A program made the position numbers and the translations under genes. From NCBI GenBank assembly GCA_963667785.2, contig CAXXMU010000002.1, positions 640,001-704,000 on the forward strand: a stretch of 64,000 bases of DNA. The letters run 5' to 3'. A model generated the notes under the pieces. It did not search any database, was not told where the DNA came from, and saw only the letters and a list, made by a program, of their open reading frames with translations. Below are positions 50,252 through 58,657 of the stretch, piece by piece (the stretch's first letter is position 1; every line of letters begins with the position of its first letter). The stretch comes from Alphaproteobacteria bacterium. Lineage in GTDB: Bacteria > Pseudomonadota > Alphaproteobacteria > UBA828.

Positions 50252-51303
50252 TGCGCCGCCTCCCGCCCTCTCCCGTCGCCTGCGCCGTCTGCGCGCAGCA
50301 TGGGCAGATAACGCTCGCCGAGCTGGCGCGCGGTCGGCAGCAGCCCGGCCGGCACCAGCAGGACGAACAGCATAATGATCCCGCCGAAGATGAGATAGGT
50401 GTTGGTGATCTGCTGCTGGCCGATCTCGAACTTCAGCATGAGCAGCCCGATGCAGCCGATCATCGGCCCGACCAGGGTGCCGAGCCCGCCGATCAGCGTC
50501 CACATGATGATCTCGGCCGCGAAGTTGAGAGCGAACACGTCGGGGTTGACGAAGGAGTTGAAGTTGACGCCGAGGCAGCCGGCGAGGCCGGCCATGGCGC
50601 CGCCGATGGTGAAGGTCTGCAGCTTGTGCAGGCGGACGTCGTAGCCGAGCAGCTCGGCGCGCAGCTCGTTCTCCCTGATCGCCACCGCGACCCGGCCGAA
50701 ATGCGAGCGGTTGAGGAGCTTGAGCCCGAAGTAGCACGCGATCAGGCAGAACATTGAGAGATGGAATATTTCGTCCGGCAAGAGCCAGGCGCTGCCGTCT
50801 CCCGGCCAGTTGATGGGCTGGATCGACGAGATGCCGTTGAAGCCCATGAGCCGCTGCGCGCCGATGACGTATTCCTCGCCGGCCGTCGAGCGCATGAAGT
50901 TGTAGAGGATGAGGGTGACGGCGAGCGTCACCACCGCGAGATAGACGTCGCTGAGGCGGCCGTAGAACATGAAGTAGCCGAGCAGCGCGGCGAAGGCGCC
51001 GGGCACGACAATCGCGAGCAGGAAAGGCGCGGTACTCTCGCCGATATTGCCCACCGCGATCGCATAGGTGTAGGCGCCGAGGCCGTAGAACGCCGACTGC
51101 CCGAAGCAGAGGATGCCGCCGTAGCCCCAGATGAAGCCCATGGAGAGCGCGAGGATCGCCATGGCGACGAAGAGCGTCACCTTGAAGAGCAGGAAGAGGT
51201 CGAAGATGTGCGGCCCGGCGAACAGCAGCACCACCATGGCGATCCCGACCAGGATGGTGCCCCAGGTCTCCCAGTTCCGCAGGTTGACGCCGAGCACCGT
51301 CAC
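50248..51303 (-). CDS. ABC transporter permease (UrtC/LivM-like)
   Basis: 'WGYGGILCFGQ', 'AIRENELRAELLGY', multiple transmembrane segments. Confidence 0.9.
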
Positions 51304-52169
51304 AGCGACCGCCTGAAGATCTTGCCGGTGATGCCCTGGGGCAGGAGCCTGAGCAGCACCACGGCGACGATGAGCAGCCCGACGCCGCCGAGCACCGGGG
51401 TGAACTCGTAGCTGAGAAGCTGGCGCACCGTGCCGAAGACGCCGGAGGCGACCAGCGTACCGGTCACCGCGCCGGTGCCGCCTGTGATGACGGTGATGAA
51501 GGTCTGGGCGACGTAGGCCGCGCCTGCCGTCGGGATGACCTGCGAGATCGGCGCCAGCAGGCCGCCCGCGAGCCCCGTCAGCGCGGCGCCGAGCGCGAAC
51601 GTCACCATGTAGACGCGCTGCGTGCTGATGCCGAGCACCGAGGCTTGCGCCGGGTTCTGCATGGTGCCGCGCGCGATCAGGCCGAGCTTGGTGCGGGTCA
51701 GCACCAGGAAGATGCCGATGAAGAGCAGGATCACGATGCCGATGAGCACCATGCGGTACTGGGCGACGTTGTAGATGCCGACCTCGAAGCTCCCCATCGG
51801 CGCGGACACGCCTTCGATGATGTTGCCGAAGATCGCTGTCACGATGCCGATCAGCAGCAGGCTCAGCCCCCAGGTGGCGATCAGCGTGTCGATCATCCGG
51901 CCGTAGAAGAAGCGGATGAAGGCGCGCTCCACGATGATGCCGATGATGCCGACGACGATCGGCGAGATGATCAGCATCGAGATCCAGATGTTGATGCCCA
52001 GCGTCTTGGTGCAGACGACCGTGGTGTAAGCGCCGAGCATCATGAACTCGCCGTGGGCGAAATTGATCACCCGCATCATGCCGAAGATGATCGCCAGCCC
52101 GGCGCAGGCGAGCGCCAGGCTGGCAATCCCGTTCAGCACTTCGATGATCAGGAGCGCGGCGGTATCCAC
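51300..52169 (-). CDS. ABC transporter permease (UrtB/LivH-like)
   Basis: 'GLAIIFGMMRVINFAHGEFMMLGAY'. Confidence 0.92.
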   Translation of the reverse strand: MDTAALLIIEVLNGIASLALACAGLAIIFGMMRVINFAHGEFMMLGAYTTVVCTKTLGINIWISMLIISPIVVGIIGIIVERAFIRFFYGRMIDTLIATWGLSLLLIGIVTAIFGNIIEGVSAPMGSFEVGIYNVAQYRMVLIGIVILLFIGIFLVLTRTKLGLIARGTMQNPAQASVLGISTQRVYMVTFALGAALTGLAGGLLAPISQVIPTAGAAYVAQTFITVITGGTGAVTGTLVASGVFGTVRQLLSYEFTPVLGGVGLLIVAVVLLRLLPQGITGKIFRRSL

Positions 52170-52226
52170 GGCGCGCCCGTCGTCAAGCGTGCAGTCGCTC
52201 TCGCTTCGCTGCGGTTCGCGTGACGC

Positions 52227-53474
52227 CTACAGGTTGGGGCCCAGGTGGGCGTTCATGTCCGGCGTCTTGGTGAGGTCGCAGCGGTCGATCACGTCGCTCG
52301 GGTACATCTGCGAGTAGCTCTCGAAGATGTTCCAGGTCTGGTTCTGGCACTCGGCCATGTGCATGTCCTGGATGACGTGGTTGGTGACCGGGTCGACCAC
52401 CATGTGGCCGGCCGGGCCGTCCCAGGCGATGTCGCCGCTGCGCAGCGCCGTCATCACCGCCTCGCGCTCGTGGCTTCCGGCCGCCTTGACGCCGAGCGAC
52501 CAGAGCATGGTGCCGAGGTAGCCGCCGATGCCCACCGAGTTGAGGTACTGGGCGTCGTCGCCGAAGCGCTCCTGGTAGCGCTTGACGAAATCGACGTTGG
52601 CGGGGAGCTGCAGCTCCTGGAAGTAGGGCTGGGCGCTGACGATGCCGTTGCCTTCCTCCGCACTGAGCTGCACGTGCTCGTTGCCGACGCCGAAGGTCAC
52701 CGAGACGATCGGAATCTCGTTCAGCATGCCGGCGGCGTACCACTGGCGGTAGAAGCCGGTGTGCGCCGCGCCGACCAGGCAGGTCGAGAGCCAGTCGGGC
52801 TTCGCTTCCTGGATCTTGGCGATGGCCGGGCCGAACTCGGCCACGTCGAGCGGGAAGAAGTCCTTGGTGACGACCTCGGCGCCGTGCTCGCGCGAGAAGA
52901 ACTCGGTCCACTGGCCGATGATCTGCGGCGCGTTGTAGTCGGCGCCGATGTAGTAGCAGCGCTTGCCGTGGGTCTTGAAGCCGTAGTCGGCCATCGGCTT
53001 CACCCACTGCACGGCGGTCACGCCGCTGACGAAGTTGTTGATGTCGCAGACGCCGCCCTCGTAGATCACGCTGTACCAGAGCAGCGTCTGGAAGCGCCTG
53101 AGGATCGGCCGGATCACCTCGCGGGACGCGCTGGTGATGCCGCCGTGCACCAGGTCGACGCGCTCCTTCAGCGCCGCCTCCTGGGCGTACTGCGCGTAGA
53201 GCTCCATGTTGGACTGCGGGTCGTACTTGATCAGCCGCACCTTCTTGCCGAGCAGGCCGCCGGCCGCGTTGATCTCCTCGACCGCCAGCTCGCAGGTCTG
53301 GGTCATCGGCGTGCCGTAGATGTCGAGCCCGCCGGACTGGTCGAAGATGCTGGCGATGACGATCTCGTCGTCATCGGCATAGGCCTTGGGCGATGCCGCG
53401 AGGCCCGCCGCCACCAGCGTTGCGGCGGTGCCCGCCGTGCCCTTGAGGAAACCTCTCCTGGTCGAATCGAACAT
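52227..53474 (-). CDS. Urea/short-chain amide-type ABC substrate-binding protein (UrtA/AmiC-like), Tat-exported
   Basis: Twin-arginine signal 'TRRGFLK'; 'EINAAGGLLG', 'GGITSASREVIRP', 'YEGGVCD'. Confidence 0.88.
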   Translation of the reverse strand: MFDSTRRGFLKGTAGTAATLVAAGLAASPKAYADDDEIVIASIFDQSGGLDIYGTPMTQTCELAVEEINAAGGLLGKKVRLIKYDPQSNMELYAQYAQEAALKERVDLVHGGITSASREVIRPILRRFQTLLWYSVIYEGGVCDINNFVSGVTAVQWVKPMADYGFKTHGKRCYYIGADYNAPQIIGQWTEFFSREHGAEVVTKDFFPLDVAEFGPAIAKIQEAKPDWLSTCLVGAAHTGFYRQWYAAGMLNEIPIVSVTFGVGNEHVQLSAEEGNGIVSAQPYFQELQLPANVDFVKRYQERFGDDAQYLNSVGIGGYLGTMLWSLGVKAAGSHEREAVMTALRSGDIAWDGPAGHMVVDPVTNHVIQDMHMAECQNQTWNIFESYSQMYPSDVIDRCDLTKTPDMNAHLGPNL

Positions 53475-53579
53475 GAGCTCAAGCTCCTTGGCTGTTCCGC
53501 GAACGCGCTCCCTCCGCGCCCCGGCGGAAGGTTAGGCGCAGCGCGTCGCCGGCGCAATGTCGGGGCGCACCTTCGGCAC

Positions 53580-54746
53580 CTAGCGGGCGAAGCCGAGGGT
53601 GCGCTCGACGAAGGCGTGCAGAATCAGCGCCGCATCCACCATCTCGGCGAGCGGCACGAACTCGTTGGCGGCATGGCTCACGGCGCCGTCGCCGGGACCG
53701 AAATTCACGATCTCGATGCCGTCGCGGGCGAAGAAGCGTCCGTCGCTCGCGGCGAGCGCGTTGAGCACCGCCGCCGGCCTGCCCTGGTGCTCCTCGATGG
53801 CCACCGCCAGCGCCGAGACGAAGGGGCCGTCCAGCGGCGCGGAGAAGCCGTCGGTGCCGACGGGGCGGCGCACGGTGTAAGAGCCTGCAGGCTCACCGGC
53901 ACCGGCCAGCACGGCCTCCATCTCGGCCGCTGCCGTCTCGACAGGCTCGTTCGGCAGCAGGCGCCGGTCGATCCGGGCGATGCAGCGGTCGGGCACCACG
54001 TTCGGGTTCTCGCCGCCGTGGATGGTGCCGATGTTCATGGTCGAGACCTTCTCGCCGCTGCGCCTCGCCGCGAGTCGCGGCCCGAGTTCGGTCCGGAGCC
54101 GTTCGAGCAGGCGCATCATGCGGAGAATGGCGTTGTCGCCGGCCGGCGGGTCGCCGCCGTGGGCGGCCCTGCCGGCAGTCTCGATCTCGAGCCAGAGGAT
54201 GCCGCGCTCCTCGACGATGAGCTGGTTCTCGGTCGGTGCGCCGAGCACCAGCGCGTCGGGCGCGATCAGCCCCTCCTCGCGGAGGTACGCGGTGCCCTCC
54301 GGGCCGAGGCGCTCCTCGTCGCCGGCCAGCACAAAGACGAGGCTCCCCCGCGCCGGCCCGCCGCGCCGCGCCGCCTCGCCCGCGAGCCAGAGATGCACCG
54401 CCGCCGAGCCCTTGCAGTTGTTGGCGCCGAGTCCGTAGACGCGTCCCCCCTCCATGGTCGCGGCGAAGGGATCGGTGCGCCAGGCGGCGCGGTCCCCGGT
54501 GGCGACCGTGTCGATGTGGGCGTTGAAGACGACGCAGGGCGAGCCCTCGCCGAGCCGCGCCACCAGGTTGGCGATCGGCGGCGTACGCATCGGCATCGAG
54601 ACTGCGCAGCCGGCCGCCTCCAGATGCCTCGCCGCAGCCGCGCAGACCGCCTGGGTGTCGCCCGGCGGCGTGACCGACGGGATCGCGATCAGCTCGGCGA
54701 GAAGGCCGTGCAGCGTCTCGGCGAGCGGGGCGGCCGGGTCCGTCAT
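53580..54746 (-). CDS. M20 family metallo-amidohydrolase (ArgE/DapE-like)
   Basis: 'NAHIDTV', 'YGLGA', 'DEE', 'GRAAHG', 'NVVPD', 'HAANE'. Confidence 0.88.
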   Translation of the reverse strand: MTDPAAPLAETLHGLLAELIAIPSVTPPGDTQAVCAAAARHLEAAGCAVSMPMRTPPIANLVARLGEGSPCVVFNAHIDTVATGDRAAWRTDPFAATMEGGRVYGLGANNCKGSAAVHLWLAGEAARRGGPARGSLVFVLAGDEERLGPEGTAYLREEGLIAPDALVLGAPTENQLIVEERGILWLEIETAGRAAHGGDPPAGDNAILRMMRLLERLRTELGPRLAARRSGEKVSTMNIGTIHGGENPNVVPDRCIARIDRRLLPNEPVETAAAEMEAVLAGAGEPAGSYTVRRPVGTDGFSAPLDGPFVSALAVAIEEHQGRPAAVLNALAASDGRFFARDGIEIVNFGPGDGAVSHAANEFVPLAEMVDAALILHAFVERTLGFAR

Positions 54747-55648
54747 GCTTCTGCCGCCGCGCCTGCGTCCGCGCGGGTGATCGTCGCGTCGGTCAGCGAG
54801 CGCGCATCGCGCGCTGGCCAGCGGCCGTTCTCAACCTGTGCGAAGAACGACGCGCAGGCCTGGTTGAACGCGTCCGGCTCCTCGAGATTGATGGTGTGGC
54901 CGGTTTTGGGGAGCACCAGCAGGCCCGCCGCGGGGATCGTGCGCTTGAGGTAGAGGTTGGCGTCGAGGCAGGGCTCGTCCTCGTCGCCGGTGATGAGCAG
55001 CGTCGGCACGGCGAGCGTGGCGAGGCCCTCTTCCAGGTCGTAGAGCGACGGGCGGCGGGCCTGCACGCCCCGCAGAGTGTTGGCGGTGCCTCTGGCGGAA
55101 TGCTCTGCCAGGCTGTCGCGGAAGGCGGCCCAGCCGCGCGGGTCCTTGGTCTCGAACTGCACGCGCGTCGGCCCCAGCGCGTAGTCGGCGCCGACCGGGG
55201 CCGCGCCCTCCCTGTCGAGACGGTCCGCGACCGCCTCCGTCTCGCGGCGGAACCCGTCCCGGGCTCCCTTCGGCGCGCCGTAGCCGCAGCCGGCCACGAC
55301 CAGCGCCGTCGCGCGCGCCGGATGCGCAAGGCCGAGATGGAGGGTAGCGAAGCCGCCCATGCTGAGCCCCACGACGTGGGCGCGCTCGATGGCGAGATGG
55401 TCGAGTACGGCGATCGCGTCCGCCACCGCGAGGGCCTGGCTGTAGGCGTCCGCGTCCGCCGGCACGTCCGATGGCGGATAGCCGCGGGCGTTGTAGGCGA
55501 CGCAGCGGTAGCGCCGCGTGAAGTGGCGGAGCTGCGGCTCCCAGCTCCGGTGATCGCCCGCGAATTCGTGGATGAAGAGCAGCGGATGGCCGCTGCCGGC
55601 CTCTTCGTAGTAGAGCCTGGTTCCGTCCGGGGACGGCGCATGGGGCAT
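54743..55648 (-). CDS. Alpha/beta hydrolase
   Basis: 'HEFAGDHRSWEPQ', 'ARGYPPS', GLSMGG, 'GDEDEPC', 'GHTINLEEP'; start may be 55648, 55657 or 55675. Confidence 0.87.
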   Translation of the reverse strand: MPHAPSPDGTRLYYEEAGSGHPLLFIHEFAGDHRSWEPQLRHFTRRYRCVAYNARGYPPSDVPADADAYSQALAVADAIAVLDHLAIERAHVVGLSMGGFATLHLGLAHPARATALVVAGCGYGAPKGARDGFRRETEAVADRLDREGAAPVGADYALGPTRVQFETKDPRGWAAFRDSLAEHSARGTANTLRGVQARRPSLYDLEEGLATLAVPTLLITGDEDEPCLDANLYLKRTIPAAGLLVLPKTGHTINLEEPDAFNQACASFFAQVENGRWPARDARSLTDATITRADAGAAAEA

Positions 55649-55710
55649 GGCTGACATTCCTCTGGCGCGGCCCATGATAGCGGACCGGCGGGGCGCGAGT
55701 CCCCGTTTCG

Positions 55711-55719
55711 TGGTATGAT
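55711..55719 (+). promoter_or_regulatory. Possible extended -10 promoter element for the glutamate-synthase-like operon
   Basis: TGgTATGAT about 40 nt upstream of ATG 55758; no clear -35 element. Confidence 0.35.
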
Positions 55720-55757
55720 CCTGGAGCTATTCGGGTCGACTGAACGGAGCGGCACGC

Positions 55758-56714
55758 ATGTGCGGGATAGCAGGCGTGATGTTTAAGCACGGAGAGACGG
55801 GCTTGTCGGCGGGTCGGGCGCTGATCGACATGCTGGACGGCTGTCAGCACCGTGGTCCGGATTCGACGGGCTTTGCGCTGTACGAAGAGGCGCGTCCTGG
55901 CGAGCTCAGGCTGCGCTTCCTGGTTGAGGAGGATGCGGACGGCGCGGGCAACGGGTCCGGCGGCGGCGTGGGCCACAACCGCGACGCAGAGGGCGCGATC
56001 GCGGACATCCGCTCGGAGCTCGAGGCGCACGGGGCGGAGATCGTCGACGACGAGCGGGTGGGCGACAGCTACCGCGTGGTGGTGCGCTTTGCCGGCGACG
56101 TGCAGAAGCTCACCTACGACATGGAGCACGCGGGCACGCTGATCTCGATCGGGGAGAGCCTCGACATCCGCAAGGACGTGGGCGGCGCGCACGACGTGGA
56201 CGAGCGCTTTCACGTGCGCGAGGTGCAGGGCACGCACGGGCTGGGCCACGTGCGACTCGCGACGGAATCGGAGGTGAAGCCGGAGGCGGCGCACCCGTTC
56301 TGGGCGACGGGGTTCACGGACATCGCGATCGTGCACAACGGCCAGATCACGAACTACTGGAAGATGCGTCGCCGTCTGGAGCGTCGCGGCTTCGAGTTCC
56401 ACACGGACAACGACAGCGAGCTGATCGCGGTCTATCTGGCGGACAAGCTCGCGAACGAGGTTCCGCTGGAGGAGGCGCTCAAGACTTCGATCGACGATCT
56501 CGACGGCACCTTCTCGTTCCTGGTGTCGACCAGGGACGAGATCGGCTACGCCAAGGATCATCTCGCGGCGAAGCCGATGATCATGTACGAGAACGACGAT
56601 CTGATCGCGATCGCCTCGGAGGAAGTCTCGCTGAACCGCCTCTTCCCGGGCCGCGCGCTGGATACCAGAGAACCGCCGCCCGGGAGCTACGGTACATGGT
56701 CCAGATCGACCTAG
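55758..56714 (+). CDS. Class II (Ntn) glutamine amidotransferase, GlxB/MgsA/GltB1-like
   Basis: N-terminal MCGIAG (catalytic Cys2), 'HRGPDSTG', 'HVRLATES', 'HPF', 'HNGQITN', 'TDNDSE'. Confidence 0.88.
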   Translation: MCGIAGVMFKHGETGLSAGRALIDMLDGCQHRGPDSTGFALYEEARPGELRLRFLVEEDADGAGNGSGGGVGHNRDAEGAIADIRSELEAHGAEIVDDERVGDSYRVVVRFAGDVQKLTYDMEHAGTLISIGESLDIRKDVGGAHDVDERFHVREVQGTHGLGHVRLATESEVKPEAAHPFWATGFTDIAIVHNGQITNYWKMRRRLERRGFEFHTDNDSELIAVYLADKLANEVPLEEALKTSIDDLDGTFSFLVSTRDEIGYAKDHLAAKPMIMYENDDLIAIASEEVSLNRLFPGRALDTREPPPGSYGTWSRST

Positions 56715-58654
56715 GACGGGTCTCCGTCCGCGACGCCAACGAGCAGATCCGCGAGTACGGTGCGAAGGGGGAGGACATCGAGGTCCTCAACCCCGACGCG
56801 CGCCATCATATCGGCGTCGGCCTGATCCACCCGGTTCGGGTGCACGTGAAGGGCTCCGCCGGCTACTTCTGCGCCGGCCTTGCGGACAAGGCGCGCTTCG
56901 AGATCGAGAACAACGTCGGCTGGGGCCTGGGCGACAACATGTACGCGGGCACGGTGACGGTGCGCGGCAACGCAGGCGCGATCGCGGGCGTGGCGATCCG
57001 GGGCGCGGAGATCGTGGTGCACGGCAATGTGGGCTCCCGCGCCGGCCAGGTGATGAAGGAGGGGACGCTCTGCTGCGCCGGCAACGCCAACTTCATGGCG
57101 GGCTACATGATGTATGGCGGGCGCATCATCATCCTGGGCGAATCGGGCGAGCGGGTCGGCGAGGACATGGCGGCGGGCAAGATCTACATCGGCGGCGCGG
57201 TGCGCTCGCTCGGCTCCGACGCCGAGCTCTCCGACATCGCCGAGGCCGAGCTCGACGACGTCCGCGCCTTCCTCGACCGCCACGAGATCGCCTTCAAGGG
57301 CTCTTTCAGCAAGGTGGTGAACGCGGGCAAGCGGCTGCGCTACGCGACCAGCGAGCGGCAGGTGCGCAGCATCCCCTTCTTCACCTTCTCGGGCGCGTCC
57401 GAGTACTGGAACCCGAAGGTGCAGGAGGACGTCTACATCAAGTCCCAGATCGGGCGCTACCGGGTGCGGGGCTACGGCGGGGCGCGGGCGCTGCCGCATC
57501 TCTCGGATCTGGCGTTCCGGCGTGATCTCTCTGCCGCGGGCACCGCCGGCGACCCGGTGGCGGCGGTGGAGATGCGGACCGAGATCGGGGGCCTGAACGG
57601 GGCGAAGCCGCTGAAGCTCTCGATGCCGGTGATGATCGCGCCGATGAGCTACGGCGCGCTCTCGCGCTCCACCAAGCAGGCGGTGGGAATGGCGTCGTCG
57701 ATGGCGGGCATCGCCGAGAACACGGGCGAAGGGGGGATGAGCGACGCCCAGCGGGGCGCGGCGGAGCAGCTCATCTTCCAGTGCCTCGGCGGCCGCCTGG
57801 GCTGGAACATCCACGACATGAACCGGGCGGACGGGCTCGAGATCTATATCAGCCAGGGAGCCAAGCCCGGCTTCGGCGGCCAGTTGATGGCGAAGAAGGT
57901 GACGAAGGAGCTGGCGACGATCCGGGGGATCCCGGAGGGGATCGACCTGCGCTCGCCCTCGCGCCATCCGGACATCCTCGGCGCCGACGACCTGGTGATC
58001 AAGGTGGAGGAGTTCCGGGAGGCCACGGGCTACCGCATTCCGGTGAGCGTGAAGCTGGGCGCGGGCCGCGTGCGGGACGACGTGAAGATCGCCTACAAGG
58101 ACGGCTTCGACTTCGTCGAGCTGGACGGGATGCAGGGCTCGACGGGCGCCGGCGGGGCCGAGGTGATGGAGCACGTGGGCGTGCCGACGCTGGCGGCGAT
58201 CACCCAGGCGATCGCGGCGCTGGAGGAGGTCGAGGGGCTCGGCAAGATGCAGCTCGTGCTGATGGGGGGCATCCGCGACGGGATCGACGCGGTGAAGGGC
58301 CTCTGCCTCGGCGCGGACGCGGTGGCGATGGGCACGGCCGTGATCATCGCCGGCGGCTGCATCGCCTGCATGCAGTGCCACGTGGGCCAATGCGTGACCG
58401 GGATCGCGACCCAGGATCCCGAGCACGAGCGGCGCTACAACCCGGTGGCGGAAGCCCGCAACATCCACCGCTACCTGGAGGGGGTGCGCTGGCAGATGGC
58501 GGCGCTGACCCAGGCGCTCGGCTACGGCAGCACCACCGAGCTCTGCCGCGACGACCTGGTGGCGCTGACCCGGGATGCGGCGGAGATGACGGGGCTTCCT
58601 TACGCGCCGGAGTATCGCGCCAGCGAGCAGGCGCTGCAGGGCAGGATGGGCTGA
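56696..58654 (+). CDS. Fusion of GXGXG beta-helix and FMN-binding glutamate synthase domain (GlxC-GlxD/MgsB-MgsC-like)
   Basis: N-terminal Gly-rich repeats ('GSAGYFCAG','GNVGSRAG'), then 'MSYGALS', 'NTGEGG', 'QGAKPGFGG', 'RHPD', 'GGIRDG', 'CIACMQCHVGQC'. Confidence 0.88.
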   Translation: MVQIDLGRVSVRDANEQIREYGAKGEDIEVLNPDARHHIGVGLIHPVRVHVKGSAGYFCAGLADKARFEIENNVGWGLGDNMYAGTVTVRGNAGAIAGVAIRGAEIVVHGNVGSRAGQVMKEGTLCCAGNANFMAGYMMYGGRIIILGESGERVGEDMAAGKIYIGGAVRSLGSDAELSDIAEAELDDVRAFLDRHEIAFKGSFSKVVNAGKRLRYATSERQVRSIPFFTFSGASEYWNPKVQEDVYIKSQIGRYRVRGYGGARALPHLSDLAFRRDLSAAGTAGDPVAAVEMRTEIGGLNGAKPLKLSMPVMIAPMSYGALSRSTKQAVGMASSMAGIAENTGEGGMSDAQRGAAEQLIFQCLGGRLGWNIHDMNRADGLEIYISQGAKPGFGGQLMAKKVTKELATIRGIPEGIDLRSPSRHPDILGADDLVIKVEEFREATGYRIPVSVKLGAGRVRDDVKIAYKDGFDFVELDGMQGSTGAGGAEVMEHVGVPTLAAITQAIAALEEVEGLGKMQLVLMGGIRDGIDAVKGLCLGADAVAMGTAVIIAGGCIACMQCHVGQCVTGIATQDPEHERRYNPVAEARNIHRYLEGVRWQMAALTQALGYGSTTELCRDDLVALTRDAAEMTGLPYAPEYRASEQALQGRMG

Positions 58655-58657
58655 GCG

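Noticed and set aside
55758-58654. Firm call as N-methylglutamate synthase mgsABC or as canonical gltB
   Set aside because: The fusion pattern fits neither, and gmaS/mgd are absent from the window; gene symbols withheld
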